Shown piece by piece: positions 9,981 to 21,806 of a DNA stretch of 64,000 nt. The position numbers and the translations under genes are program-made. The notes under the pieces were generated by a model. That model saw only the letters and a list, made by a program, of their open reading frames with translations, made no database searches and was not told the DNA's origin. The stretch comes from an uncultured delta proteobacterium (GTDB lineage Bacteria > Desulfobacterota > Binatia > UBA9968), in contig CAVWLW010000014.1 in the NCBI GenBank assembly GCA_963755715.1, positions 1 to 64,000 of the forward strand, written 5' to 3'. Every line of letters starts with the position of its first letter. The first letter of the stretch is position 1.

Positions 9981-12504
9981 ATGAACCACCTTCCTCCGGC
10001 CTTCTGGAGCATCTCTGGGCGCGAGATGCTGCTGCAACTGCAAGCGACTGCACAAGGACTCACGACTGATGAAGCGCGGGCGCGTTTGACGCGTTACGGA
10101 GCTAATCTTCTAAAACCTAAGAAGAAATCGGATTCACTTAGCCTTCTCATTTCTCAATTCAAAAGTCCGCTAATTCTCATTCTTTTATTTGCAACAGGGT
10201 TATCATTTTTTTTACATGATCCGGTTAACGCTCTCATCATTCTCACCATTGTCCTCGTAAGCGGCCTGCTCGGGTTTTGGCAGGAGCACAGCGCAACCCA
10301 TGCCGTGGAGAAGTTACTAGCCGTCGTGCAAATTAAAGCTGCGGTGCTTCGTGACGGAAGTCCAGCAGAAATTCCCGTCGAAGAGATTGTCCCCGGAGAT
10401 ATCGTCATTCTGGATGCCGGCGATATCATCCCCGGAGATTGTCTGGTCCAGGAATCCAAAGATCTCTTTGTCGATGAAGCAACCCTGACGGGTGAAACCT
10501 ACCCTGTAGAGAAATCGGTCGGCGTAATTCGGCAGAGACACCGCTGGGCCAGCGGACAAATGCGCTATGGATGGGCACCCATGTGGTGAGCGGCGGTGCA
10601 AAGGCACTTGTTATAGGCACAGGCAAGCAAACCGAGTTCGGCAAGGTCTCCGAGCGGTTAAAACTCAGACCGCCGGAAACGGAATTTGAACACGGCATAC
10701 GGCGATTTGGCTATTTCCTCATGGAAGTGACGCTGGTGCTGGTGATCGCTATCTTCGCAATCAACGTCTACTTGGCACGTCCGGTGCTGGACTCCTTTCT
10801 CTTTTCGTTGGCACTCGCGGTTGGGCTCACCCCGCAACTATTGCCGGCGATCATCAGCATCAACCTGGCCCACGGCGCCAAACAGATGGCTCAAGTGAAG
10901 GTGATCGTCAAACGGCTCGCATCGATTGAAAACTTCGGCAGCATGAACGTGATCTGCTCCGATAAGACCGGCACGCTGACCGAAGGGACCGTGCGTTTAC
11001 AATCCGCCCTTGATGTAGAAGGCGCTCCGAGCGACAAAGTTCTTCTTCACGCTTATCTCAATGCGTTTTATGAGACCGGTTTTACCAACCCGATTGACGA
11101 AGCCCTTCGCAGCCATCGAAAGTTTGACCTGATCGGCTACCAGAAGCTCGATGAGATTCCCTATGATTTTCTGCGCAAGCGATTGAGCATTCTGATTGCT
11201 CACGATAACTCCCATCTGATGGTAACCAAAGGCGCGTTGGAAAATGTGCTCGCCGTCTGTTCAACAGCGGAAACTGGCGCGGGAACTTTTGTCGATATCG
11301 CCATGGTGCGGGATCGAATCCAGCAGCACTTCGAAGAGTTCAGCAGCAAGGGCTTTCGCACCCTCGGCGTCGCATACAAAAATATGGGAGCAGAATCACG
11401 GATGAGCAAAGTCGACGAAGCTGGCATGACCTTCCTGGGATTCCTCGTTCTTTTTGATCCGCCCAAAGCAAATATCATCGAGACCATCGCTGGTCTGAAA
11501 AATCTGGGCGTGGCATTGAAGATCATCACCGGAGACAATCATCTGGTCGCAGCCAACGTCAGCCAACAAATGGGACTATCAAATACAAAAATCCTCACAG
11601 GTCCAGACCTCCGTCAACTGAGCGACGGTGCGCTGCTCAGACGCGTGGTCGACGTGGACGTCTTCGCTGAAATCGAGCCCAATCAGAAGGAGCGCATCAT
11701 CCTCGCCCTCAAGAAGACCGGCAATGTCGTGGGGTATATGGGAGACGGCATCAACGATGCCTCGGCGCTCCATGCCGCCGATGTCGGCATTTCCGTTGAG
11801 AGCGCCGTCGATGTTGCCAAAGAGGCGGCGGATATCGTCTTACTCGAAAAGGATCTTGGGTGTTCTTGTGCAGGGCGTGCGCGAAGGGCGAACGACCTTC
11901 GCGAACACGCTGAAGTATGTCTTCATGGCAACCAGCGCCAATTTTGGCAATATGTTTAGCATGGCCGGAGTATCGCTCTTCCTGCCTTTTCTGCCGTTGC
12001 TGCCGAAGCAGATCTTGCTTACTAATTTAATGACCGATTTTCCCGAGATGACCATCGCCACCGACAGGGTCGACGCCGAAATGGTTGACCATCCTCGGCG
12101 CTGGGACATTAAAGCCATTCGTAAGTTCATGATTACCTTCGGCCTGGTGAGTTCGGTGTTTGACTACCTCACCTTTGGCTACGCTTCTGCTAATTCTTCA
12201 TGCGACTCAGGATCAATTCAGAACCGGCTGGTTTTTGGAGTCTGTGATTTCCGCGTCACTGATCGTGCTGGTGATTCGCAGCCGGAAACCTTTCTTCAAA
12301 AGTAGACCGTCAAAATATCTGTTCATGGCTACTCTCTTAGTCGTTATCGTGACGGTGATTCTACCCTTCACCCTACTTGGCGAGATTTTTGGTTTTACCC
12401 GGCTGTCCATTTCGTTTCATCTCTTGTTAGCGGTGATTGTTGTGCTTTACATTGTCACAGCGGAAATAACGAAGGCTATTTTTTATAAGACGGTGAAACT
12501 ATGA
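9981..12504 (+). CDS. mgtA: Mg2+-translocating P-type ATPase (split by 3 frameshifts)
   Basis: LTGET, AVGLTP, SDKTGT, GDGINDA, ANFGNMFS and FRTGWFLES across four ORF fragments. Confidence 0.85.
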
Positions 12505-13976
12505 CGGATCAAAACGATCGACAACAACGCTCTATCTTACGACGCATCGCCCACCGGGTGATGCTTGAGAGAGGACTTCTTCCTGACTTCTCACCTCACG
12601 CACTCGCCGAGCTCGACGGAATTCGCGAATCTGCAACACAAGCTGAAGAATCGACGCATGATCTCCGAAGCCTTATCTGGTGCTCTATAGATAACGATGA
12701 TTCTCGCGATCTGGATCAGCTTACCGTTGCCGACGCCATGCCCGGAGGGACCGCAAAGATCCTTGTCGCCATTGCCGACGTGGACGCCGTCGTCAAGAAG
12801 CGGTCGGCACTAGACGATCATGCCAGGCAAAACACCACCTCGGTATACACCGCTGCCGAGATATTTCCGATGCTGCCGGAGAAACTGTCTACCGATCTTA
12901 CTTCTCTAAACTATGAATCAGACCGACTTGCCATCGTCATTGAAATGGTCATCGCTGAGGACGGATCGCTGCAGAGTTCGGATATCTACAGAGCGATGGT
13001 CCGTAATCGTGCAAAGCTCGCCTACAACAGCGTGGCTAACTGGCTGGAGGGTAGTGGCCCGATGCCGCAAGGTATCGGCAAGGTCGAAGGTCTCGACGAA
13101 AACCTCCGGCTTCAGGACCGCGTGGCGCAAAAGCTGAAGGCCCTCCGGCATATGCACGGTGCGCTGAATCTCGAAACCATAGAAGCACGCCCGGTGTTTG
13201 ACGGCGATGAGATCAAGGACCTAGAAGCCGAGAGAAAGAACAGAGCTAGGGAAATTATTGAGGATTTCATGATATCGGCGAACGGTATTACCGCACGATA
13301 CCTCGCATCCAAGATGTTTCCGTCGCTGCGCCGCGTGGTGCGCACACCGAAACGCTGGGACCGGATCATCGAGCTCGCCTCGGACCACGGCTTCACGTTA
13401 CCCAAGAAACCCGACTCAAAGGCCCTGGAGCAATTCCTCATATCGGCGAAAGCCACTGATCCTCTCCGCTTTCCCGATCTTTCCCTCGGCGTCATCAAGC
13501 TCTTGGGCGCCGGTGAATATGTCGTTGAGCTTCCGGGAGGCAGCGCCGCCGGGCACTTCGGTCTTGCGGTCAGGGATTATGCTCATTCCACGGCGCCGAA
13601 TCGCCGCTATCCCGATCTGATCACGCAGCGGTTGCTGAAAGCAGCGATGGCGGGAAGTTCACTGCCCTATGAGAACGATGAATTGCAGGCGCTCGCCAAG
13701 CACTGCACCGAAGCGGAAGACGCCGCGAAAAAAGTCGAACGGCAGGTCGGAAAATCTGCGGCAGCCATGCTGCTGGAATCAAGGATCGGCGAGCGGTTCG
13801 ATGCCATCGTCACCGGCGCTTCTGACAAAGGCACATGGGTTCGTCTTCTGCATCCGCCCATCGAAGGAAAACTGGTGAGCGGTTTTGAAGGCATGGACGT
13901 CGGCCAGAGACTCCGGGTGCAACTGATCCGCACGGATGTGGAGCGCGGCTATATCGACTTTAAGAGGATGGGGTAG
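12501..13976 (+). CDS. RNB-domain exoribonuclease (RNase II/R family)
   Basis: SIDNDDSRDLDQ, YAHSTAPNRRYPDL, C-terminal S1 domain; ATGA overlap with mgtA. Confidence 0.92.
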   Translation: MTDQNDRQQRSILRRIAHRVMLERGLLPDFSPHALAELDGIRESATQAEESTHDLRSLIWCSIDNDDSRDLDQLTVADAMPGGTAKILVAIADVDAVVKKRSALDDHARQNTTSVYTAAEIFPMLPEKLSTDLTSLNYESDRLAIVIEMVIAEDGSLQSSDIYRAMVRNRAKLAYNSVANWLEGSGPMPQGIGKVEGLDENLRLQDRVAQKLKALRHMHGALNLETIEARPVFDGDEIKDLEAERKNRAREIIEDFMISANGITARYLASKMFPSLRRVVRTPKRWDRIIELASDHGFTLPKKPDSKALEQFLISAKATDPLRFPDLSLGVIKLLGAGEYVVELPGGSAAGHFGLAVRDYAHSTAPNRRYPDLITQRLLKAAMAGSSLPYENDELQALAKHCTEAEDAAKKVERQVGKSAAAMLLESRIGERFDAIVTGASDKGTWVRLLHPPIEGKLVSGFEGMDVGQRLRVQLIRTDVERGYIDFKRMG

Positions 13977-14107
13977 GGAAGGCCAGTGTCGGATCCAGAC
14001 GCGACCACTGATGGATCCGGCCTGTAGCCGCATTCTCCGCCGTAAAACGAGCCAGTTCATCTTTTCTTCCGTTAAAGCTTTTCGAGTCGTGCTGAAGAGA
14101 AGAAACT

Positions 14108-14707
14108 ATGCTGACAGAAACAATACTCCGCTGGGTTACAGAATATGGATATATAGGAATATTTTCATTGCTGGCGCTAGGGATTATCGGCGCCCCGATC
14201 CCGGATGAAGGCGTGCTCGCATTCGCGGGGTATCTTGTTTACGAAGGTAAATTGCAGCTCTTTCCTATCCTGGCCGCGGCATTTCTCGGTAGCGCGTGCG
14301 GTATCACTTTAAGCTATGGGTTGGGACGTACCGTTGGCGCATATCTAATTTCAAAATTTGGTCATGCCGTTCACATAACAGGAGAAAAGGTAACCCATGT
14401 TCAGTCCTGGTATGATCGAGTGGGAAAGTGGGGTCTCCTGTTCGGTTTTTACTTGCCGGGCATACGACATTTGATAGGATTTGGTGCTGGAATTGCGAAA
14501 CTACCGCTATCCGTGTTCGCTTTGTTTGCATTTACAGGAGCCTTCACTTGGTCGATTACCTTTGTTTCCGCCGGTTACTTCTTAGGTAGACAATGGACTT
14601 TGGTATTCGGCAAGATCCGTCCTACTCTTATGACTAGTTCCATCGTAATCGTCAGCTTATTTTTGCTATACATTGTTGGTCAGCAATTATTGCGGCAGCG
14701 CAAATAA
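14108..14707 (+). CDS. DedA family membrane protein
   Basis: APIPDEGVLAFAG, FYLPGIRH, hydrophobic profile. Confidence 0.9.
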   Translation: MLTETILRWVTEYGYIGIFSLLALGIIGAPIPDEGVLAFAGYLVYEGKLQLFPILAAAFLGSACGITLSYGLGRTVGAYLISKFGHAVHITGEKVTHVQSWYDRVGKWGLLFGFYLPGIRHLIGFGAGIAKLPLSVFALFAFTGAFTWSITFVSAGYFLGRQWTLVFGKIRPTLMTSSIVIVSLFLLYIVGQQLLRQRK

Positions 14708-15284
14708 ATTAACGAAGGGAAAAACCTAACGCTAGTTATCTCGTAATTTAACCCGTTCCCATAGCGAGATCGACCGTACCAGCGAGATTCTAAAAATACT
14801 GATATACGGACTCAACTTATCAAAACAGCTTTCCTGCAAAAACCTTACACGATTGATGACGTAGTCAAAACACTTCAGAGCATGATCGAACGAGGATTGT
14901 AGCAAGCTTTGGAGGGCGACAGCCGGACGGTTAAACCCAATAATTTGAGTTATTTCGTGCTAGTGGATCATGCTGGCGATCTCTTTACCCAATCTAAAAT
15001 TTGGTTGAGTGTCATGCGGCGAGGTTCGTCTAAAACACTCAACATTCAGCTACCGTTCACTCGTTCCAGCAGTTCGGCTATCCTGTAACCCGCCAAATAG
15101 GCCCTCCGATCAGCAATGAGCTTAGCTCTCGCAGGATAACCGCGTGAGATAAAGTTCGCGTCTGGCACCTCGCGGCAATCCCGAGCCTGTCCCTTTGGCG
15201 TTCCTCGAAAATTTCCATTCTCGTTGGCGGAGCGGCGCTTCGGAAACTTGCCACTCCGTTATCGCTTATACGAGCCAGATTATT

Positions 15285-17700
15285 TTAAGAAAAAAAATGA
15301 GCCGCTAGTCTTTCACCGGGAGAATAGCCGCTCGCGGCGTCGGCCTCGAGGGCAAGCCGCAAAGCTTCATCCGCGGTTTTTAAAAATTCGAAGCGGATTC
15401 CGTCACGGCCTGCTGGGGGTATTTCTTCAAGGTCTCTGCGGTTTAACTCAGGCAGCAGAACTGTGGAAATCCCGGCTCTCTTTGCCGCAAGCATTTTCTC
15501 TTTGATTCCTCCTACTGGGAGCACCAAACCGCGCAAACTGATCTCACCGGTCATGGCGACATCTTTGCTGATTCGTCTTCCGGTCAGCAGTGAAACAAGC
15601 GCGACAAAGAGCGTGACTCCGGCGCTCGGCCCGTCCTTTGGGATCGCGCCCGCCGGTATATGAATATGCAAATCGTTTTTCTTGAAGATATCGGCATCGA
15701 TTCCCAATGTTTCCGCGCGAGACTTGACCAGACTCAAAGCAGCCTGCGCGCTTTCTTTCATCACATCGCCGAGCTGGCCGGTTAAAATCAACTTACCGTC
15801 GCCCGCCATCTTTGTCGCTTCGACAAACAGTATGTCGCCGCCAAACTGTGTCCAGGCCAAGCCAGTGGCTACACCCGGCAAACTGGTGCGCAGAGCGATC
15901 TCGTTGAAGAACTTTTGCGGGCCCAAGTAGGTCGGGATAGAGTCCGCTGTGATCGCGAATGTTTCATTGGACCCATCGGCGATGCGCGTCGCCACGCTCC
16001 GGCAAACGGCTCCCAGCCCGCGCTCGAGTTGCCGAACCCCGGCCTCGCGCGTGTAGGACCGGATAATTTCTCGAATTGCCTCGTCGGTGAAACTAATGTT
16101 TTCCGGTTTCAGACCATTTTCGGCGGTCTGCCGAGGAACGAGGTAGCCCTTGGCGATTGCCAATTTATCTTCCTCGATGTATCCCGGCAATTCCAAGATT
16201 TCCATGCGATCGCGCAGCGGGCTCGGGAATGGTATCGAGCACGTTCGCTGTGGCGATGAACAGTACCTGGCTTAGATCGAAGGGCAGCGCGATGTAGTGG
16301 TCTTGAAAGGTTGCATTTTGCGCCGGATCCAGGACTTCCAACAACGCCGCGGACGGGTCGCCTTGAAAGCTCGCGTTGAGCTTGTCGACTTCATCGAGCA
16401 TGAGGACGGGATTTCGACTGCCCGCCTTGCGGATTCCCTGAATGATATTACCCGGAAGCGCGCCGACATAGGTGCGCCGATGCCCGCGAATATCGGCTTC
16501 ATCGTGGACGCCGCCTAGACTTTGGCGCACGAACTTACGATTCATCGCCCGAGCAATGCTTTGACCCAGGGAGGTTTTGCCGACGCCTGGCGGTCCGACC
16601 AAGCAGAGGATCGGGCTTTTTCCATGCGGCATGAGTTTACGAACAGCGAGAAATTCAATGATCCGTTTTTTGACTTTTTCTAAGCCGTGATGGTCGGCGT
16701 CAAGGATTGCGCGTGCCTTCGGCAGATCGATCTGTTCCTCGGTAAAAACATTCCAAGGCAGCTCCACCAACCAATCGAAATAAGTCCGCAACAGCGAGTA
16801 TTCCGGCGCCGCCTCGGGAATGCGCTCTAAACGCCCCAGCTCTTTAAGCGCTTCCTTCTCCACTTCGGGAGGCATTTTTGCGTCATAAAGTTTTTTTCTC
16901 AGGTCTTCAACTTCGACACCTCTCCCATCCGCCTCACCCAGTTCTTTCTGGATTGCTTTTAATTGCTCGCGCAGGAAATATTGGCGCTGCGACTTGTCCA
17001 TGGATTCCTTGGTTTCAGCGCCGATTTTCTTGCTTAGCTCAAGGAGTTCGATCTGCCGCGCCAACTTTTCTGACACCCTTTGGGCGCGCGCCTCCGGATC
17101 AAGGATGCCGAGGATTTCTTGTTTCTCGGCGGTCGGCAGGTCCAAGGTGGACGCGATCATATCGATGACCGATAACGGGTCTTCGATCCTGTCGATCATC
17201 ACTCTCAGCTCGTTCATGGGCTCAGAGAATAACGACAGGGCCCGGGCTGCTTCTTGGCGCAAATGTAAGATTCGCGCCTCGAAATCCTTGGTCTCCGGTA
17301 TCTTTTCTTCTACCATCGTGACGCGCGCGATGAGAACCGGATCGGTCTCGAGGAACTCGCCGATCTCAAAGCGGCGGCGGCCTTGCACGAGGACCTGACG
17401 CTGACCGTCCGGCAGAGTAAACATTCTTACAACATCCCCGGTCGTGCCGACTGGGTAGAGGTCTTTGGGCTCCGGAACTTCTACATTCGGATCGCGTTGA
17501 ACAACAAATCCAATCGGCACTTGTTGGCGAACCGCCTCCTCGACAGCGTGGCGCCTGGCCGGACTACGGACCGCAAGCGGCATCATCATGGAGGGGAAGA
17601 GCACCCGATTGCGCATCGGCATGATGACCAACGCTCCTTCGGGAATATTGAGACGCTGCTTGGATTTAGCGGATTCCTTTTCTTCTTCTTCAGTGTTCAT
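15285..17700 (-). CDS. lon: ATP-dependent Lon protease (frameshift ~16215)
   Basis: LON N-domain; Walker A GPPGVGKT; LDEVDK; catalytic PKDGPSAG; VGGIKEK. Confidence 0.95.
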
Positions 17701-18128
17701 GCATGTTTCCTTAGCTCGATGATCAGCAGGCCGTCGCGAAAAGAAATTTCTCCGACGGATAGAGCTTGTTCGCTTGGCACGAGCCTGAGTCGCCGCTCAA
17801 AACGGCCAAGCGGGATTTCCCATATCTTTAGTTCCCCGTCAGCGCAGCAATTTGGCAGCGGACGTACGCCTGCAATGATGAGTTCGCGTCCGTCCAGTCG
17901 CACGTCTACTCGCTCCGCTGTCACTCCCGGGATGGCCGAAATTACCCAAAGGCTCTCATCCGTTTCAACGACGTTTACGGGAGGTTCCCAGCTTGGCGAT
18001 CTACCGGGAGATGCCTGATAGCGGGCGCTGGCTGCTACTTGCAAAAAATTCCTATGGATCCGCCCCGCTTGTTGCAGCAGATCGCTAGCTCGATGCCAAA
18101 TAAAAAAATCCCAATCGTGCGATGCCAT
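17697..18128 (-). CDS. Hsp20/alpha-crystallin small heat shock protein
   Basis: WEPPVNVVET...PGV...GRFERRLRL...DGLLII; GGAGG RBS; overlaps the lon start. Confidence 0.9.
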   Translation of the reverse strand: MASHDWDFFIWHRASDLLQQAGRIHRNFLQVAASARYQASPGRSPSWEPPVNVVETDESLWVISAIPGVTAERVDVRLDGRELIIAGVRPLPNCCADGELKIWEIPLGRFERRLRLVPSEQALSVGEISFRDGLLIIELRKHA

Positions 18129-18195
18129 ATTTATGGGCCTCCAGGCCATTCGGTGACGGAGACTGATATTAAGTGCTTAATCGGCAGCTGCCACC

Positions 18196-18415
18196 TGATG
18201 TCGAACACCTGAGTGCCATATGATGCCGAACGTGAATGTCAGTGAACACAAAGCATCTCGAGAGTTGGACATGATCGCGTTAGCACTGAAATCCAAGCTG
18301 TACCGTCGTAAAACGGCTCGGCATAGTGGAGCGGCTACTCATTTTAGTCACCGAAAAAGCAATGTTCGACATCACCTGCCATGTACAGAATTCAGGCTAA
18401 AAGTGTTCGACATCA
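18196..18415. repeat. Four copies of TGATGYCGAAC, two forward and two inverted
   Basis: Forward at 18196 and 18221; reverse at 18362-18374 and 18403-18415. Confidence 0.6.
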
Positions 18416-18580
18416 TCTGACATGTGTCCGCTTAATGGTTAAAGGTAAGTATGACCAGGACCTTTGTCAAAGAAAATGGCCGATGTTTCCGCAGCGTTTG
18501 CCAAAATTCCTTGATATTACGCGACAAAGACGTGTCTATCTAATGGTTGGAAGCTAGATGTGATAATTATTTCCAATACC

Positions 18581-18623
18581 TGTCCAATATTAGACGGAAA
18601 CTTCTGTCGAGTCGGCGTAAATT
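18581..18623 (+). promoter_or_regulatory. Crp-type palindromic site 2 plus -10 element
   Basis: TGTCCAATATTAGACG (18581-18596), 21 bp spacer, TAAATT (18618-18623). Confidence 0.65.
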
Positions 18624-18802
18624 GATTTCAAGAGGCGGTTTAGGCGAGGAGGCTGACGAGCGGTTGTTAAGCGACGGCTCTCATTGGCTTTCTCCTCTAT
18701 CCATTTACGCCACGCTCGATCTATCTACAATAAATAAACCGGCCAGAGTCGTGAGAGCGGGGCTGTTTTTGGCCTGAAGAAAAAATTATCGCGGAGGGAG
18801 CA

Positions 18803-19105
18803 ATGAAGGTCGATTATCTGGAAAATCTATCCTTTCCGGTTGGACTCTTGGCACAAGATTCCTTGAGCGGGATTGCAGAGATGGTGAAAGAGGTTTTTAC
18901 CCGAACTCGTGTTGATGGCGCGGAAAGGGACAAGCTCAGCTACTGGCAGCTCATTTTCTTGCAGAGCAAGGCGAATGGCTGCCGCTATCGCGGCGAGTCT
19001 CTGCCGCATGCGCAGTGGCAGTGGCCCAGGGATACGTGGTTTCAGGAACAGCTGGGGTATCGTCTCAAAGCTCTCGAATTTGCCGCGCATCAACCGAGGA
19101 ACTAA
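18803..19105 (+). CDS. Hypothetical protein
   Basis: GGAGGGAG RBS; 100 aa; no recognisable motif. Confidence 0.55.
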   Translation: MKVDYLENLSFPVGLLAQDSLSGIAEMVKEVFTRTRVDGAERDKLSYWQLIFLQSKANGCRYRGESLPHAQWQWPRDTWFQEQLGYRLKALEFAAHQPRN

Positions 19106-19232
19106 CAGCAATCCGTCATGGTCAGGATATGTGGTTGTAAATTATGGCACGGGGTTACGTTCGCCGGCTAGCTAGATTTGTTTCAGTAGCCTGTCGTCCT
19201 AACCCTCCAAACGATCCACCGAGGAGGTTCAA

Positions 19233-19556
19233 ATGTACAGTCGAAACGTGAGTTTCAAGCTCAAGGCGAAAAGCACAGCGGAGTTTACGAAAATTCTTGA
19301 GGGAGAGGTTATTCCCTTGCTCAGAAGGCAAAGAGGATTCGACGATGCGATCAGTTTCATCGCTCCGGATCGTAACGAGGCCGTCACCATCAGTCTCTGG
19401 AATAAAAAAGAGGACGCGGAGACCTACAACCAGAAGACGTATCCTGAGATCTTGAGGGCCTTGGCAAGGGTGATTGAAGGCACTCCGAAAGTGGAGACCT
19501 TTGAGGTCGGCAACTCGACCTCGCACCAGATCGCTGCCAGCGCGGTTGGCTCCTAG
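19233..19556 (+). CDS. ABM-like (dimeric alpha/beta barrel) hypothetical protein
   Basis: GAGGAGG RBS; VIPLLRRQRGF...ISLWNKKEDAE.Y...P.VETFEV. Confidence 0.7.
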   Translation: MYSRNVSFKLKAKSTAEFTKILEGEVIPLLRRQRGFDDAISFIAPDRNEAVTISLWNKKEDAETYNQKTYPEILRALARVIEGTPKVETFEVGNSTSHQIAASAVGS

Positions 19557-19732
19557 ATAGTTCTTCCCAGTTTGGAGAGGGAATACGCGACCTCGAAGAT
19601 CGCCACGGTTTCTGCAAACAGATGTTTTGCGAGCTGCCGATGGAGTTTGCCGTGGAGGCCGTAGACGCTTCGGGTGTGTAGCCTCGAAGGCAGCGTCGGT
19701 TATTTTGATCGAGATATCGGACGGAGACGCGA

Positions 19733-19957
19733 ATGACTTACAAAGAACATCTGATCTTTGTCGCCGCTCAACGCGATGCCGGAGGTTGCTTTTGGCTCCC
19801 CGTGGTCAGTGTCTCTTGGAGCGAGGGAGAAAGAAAGCACGTGGTCTCTCTTAAAGGTCGTCCGCAAGACCGCTTTGTTCTTTTAACCGACGCTGAGAAT
19901 TCTGCAGTCTCCATAGCGCACCAATGGGTGGATAACCGCAGGCAGAATGGCTCCTAA
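19733..19957 (+). CDS. Small hypothetical protein
   Basis: GGAG RBS; YK..I...W.P...F...AE..A...A.QWVD pattern shared with 24975. Confidence 0.6.
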   Translation: MTYKEHLIFVAAQRDAGGCFWLPVVSVSWSEGERKHVVSLKGRPQDRFVLLTDAENSAVSIAHQWVDNRRQNGS

Positions 19958-20009
19958 GGTTAACTAGAGCGCCTGTTCACCACGGGAAATCTCGGCATTT
20001 TTTCAAAAT

Positions 20010-20053
20010 TGTCTAATATTAGACAGAATTCTTGCCGGCGAGCGCAAGATAAT
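20010..20053 (+). promoter_or_regulatory. Crp-type palindromic site 3 (perfect palindrome)
   Basis: TGTCTAATATTAGACA (20010-20025); candidate -10 is CAAGAT or GATAAT, 19 or 22 bp downstream. Confidence 0.65.
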
Positions 20054-20130
20054 AACTCCACAAATTGTCTCGGTACATCGATCTGGCTTCCTCACGCTAG
20101 GCAGCGTACCGGCGGGAAAGGGGTCCAGCC

Positions 20131-21603
20131 ATGGACGATGAGACGGACAAAGTCGTAAGAAGCAACGGGAATGAAGAGAATTTGCGGGCTTCCGAAGTTC
20201 GCTACCGCCGACTGTTCGAGACGGCCAAGGATGGCATACTCCTCCTGGATGCGGACACGGGGCGAATCACCGACGTCAACCCGTTCCTGCAAGACATGCT
20301 GGGATATTCTCACGCCGAGTTGATTGGCAAGGCGCTCTGGGAAATCGGCCCGATCAAAGATATTGCCGCGAGCCGGGACGCCATGAACCAGTTGCAGAAA
20401 AAGGAATATGTCCGTTACGAGAATCTGCCGTTGGAAACCAAAGCCGGGCAACACATCCAGGTGGAGTTCGTCAGCAACGTCTACCTCGTCGATGGCTGGC
20501 GCGTGATCCAATGCAACGTCCGCGATATCACCGCCCGCAAACGCGCCGAGGAGAGTCTACAGAAGGTCAATGACGAGTTATTAGCTTCGGTGGCCGAACT
20601 GCAAAGGCGTGACGAGGAAATGAAGTCGCTCATCCGCCTAAACGATCTGCTTCAATCCTGTACAATCCAGGCCGAGGCCTACCAGGTGGTTGGCCTGGTG
20701 GCGAATGAATTATTTGCCGGGGACAGTGGCGGGTTAGCTATTTCCGGCAGCCCGATTCAACCCTTGGAGATGGTTGCCGGTTGGGGCAACGAGTCACCAC
20801 TAAAGGCCCGGTTTTCATTGGAGGATTGTTGGGCGATACGGCGCGGTCAATTGCATGAAGTCATCGATCCAGCAGTTGATTTGCTGTGTCATCACTTTGT
20901 CCATCAACCGCAGGCGGGCTACTTGTGTGTGCCTTTGATAGTCAAGAGCGGAACAGTCGGGCTCTTGTGTCTCACCGGCGCGGCGGCAAAAGCTATAGGT
21001 TCGAGGACCAGGCAGCAACTGGCCGTCGCCGTGTGCGAAACGATCAAGCTGTCTTTGTATAATTTGAAGCTACGGGAGGAACTGCGCGAACAGGCTATGC
21101 ATGATCCGCTGACCGGATTGTGCAATCGACGCTATTTGGAAGAGAATCTAGCGCGCGAGCTGCATCGTGCGCGGCGCGGCAATTTGCCGCTCTGTGTCGT
21201 GATGCTCGACCTCGATAACTTTAAGCCATTCAACGACACCTTCGGTCACAATGCCGGCGACTCGATCTTACGCGGGTTGGCGCACGCGCTGCGTGAAAAC
21301 CTGCGCAAAAGCGATATCTCGTGCCGGTATGGCGGCGATGAGTTTGTTCTCGTGCTGCCCGATTCATCGCTAGCGGACGCCCAGCAACGCGTGGAACAAA
21401 TCCGCGCGCTGGTTAAAGAAAGACAGATTCGGCAAGGCTACTCCGTGGTAGACATGCCCACTCTATCGGCTGGCGTTGCCGAAGCGCCCAAACACGGTTC
21501 CACGACTACTGAATTGCTCCATGCGGCTGACAATGCCATGTACGCCGCCAAACAGGCTGGGCGGAATCGTGTGGTCGCCTACCAGGCGAACGAGTCATGT
21601 TAG
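20131..21603 (+). CDS. Diguanylate cyclase (PAS-GAF-GGDEF)
   Basis: PAS (DVNP...LGYS); GAF; DPLTGLCNRR; intact RYGGDEF preceded by I-site RKSD. Confidence 0.93.
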   Translation: MDDETDKVVRSNGNEENLRASEVRYRRLFETAKDGILLLDADTGRITDVNPFLQDMLGYSHAELIGKALWEIGPIKDIAASRDAMNQLQKKEYVRYENLPLETKAGQHIQVEFVSNVYLVDGWRVIQCNVRDITARKRAEESLQKVNDELLASVAELQRRDEEMKSLIRLNDLLQSCTIQAEAYQVVGLVANELFAGDSGGLAISGSPIQPLEMVAGWGNESPLKARFSLEDCWAIRRGQLHEVIDPAVDLLCHHFVHQPQAGYLCVPLIVKSGTVGLLCLTGAAAKAIGSRTRQQLAVAVCETIKLSLYNLKLREELREQAMHDPLTGLCNRRYLEENLARELHRARRGNLPLCVVMLDLDNFKPFNDTFGHNAGDSILRGLAHALRENLRKSDISCRYGGDEFVLVLPDSSLADAQQRVEQIRALVKERQIRQGYSVVDMPTLSAGVAEAPKHGSTTTELLHAADNAMYAAKQAGRNRVVAYQANESC

Positions 21604-21806
21604 TTCGAAAGCAGCGTGCGTCGCTCTGAGCAGGCTCCTGCCCACTCAAATCTTGATGTGGTACGGCAAGCAATTTGGAACGACTCAGTTTAGTTTGTCC
21701 AGCGGCTGTTCAGGGCGCGCCATAACTCCGTATGCAATTGTTTTGAAGTAGACAGAATACTGCACCTGTATAACGGTATAACTAATGCAGAAAGTGGAGG
21801 AATGAG

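Noticed and set aside
14750-14905. Receiver-domain remnant (KPYTIDDVVKTLQSM)
   Set aside because: Too short and degraded to call without a search.
16165-16260. Programmed frameshifting in lon and other split genes
   Set aside because: No shared slippery motif; the high background indel rate explains the breaks.
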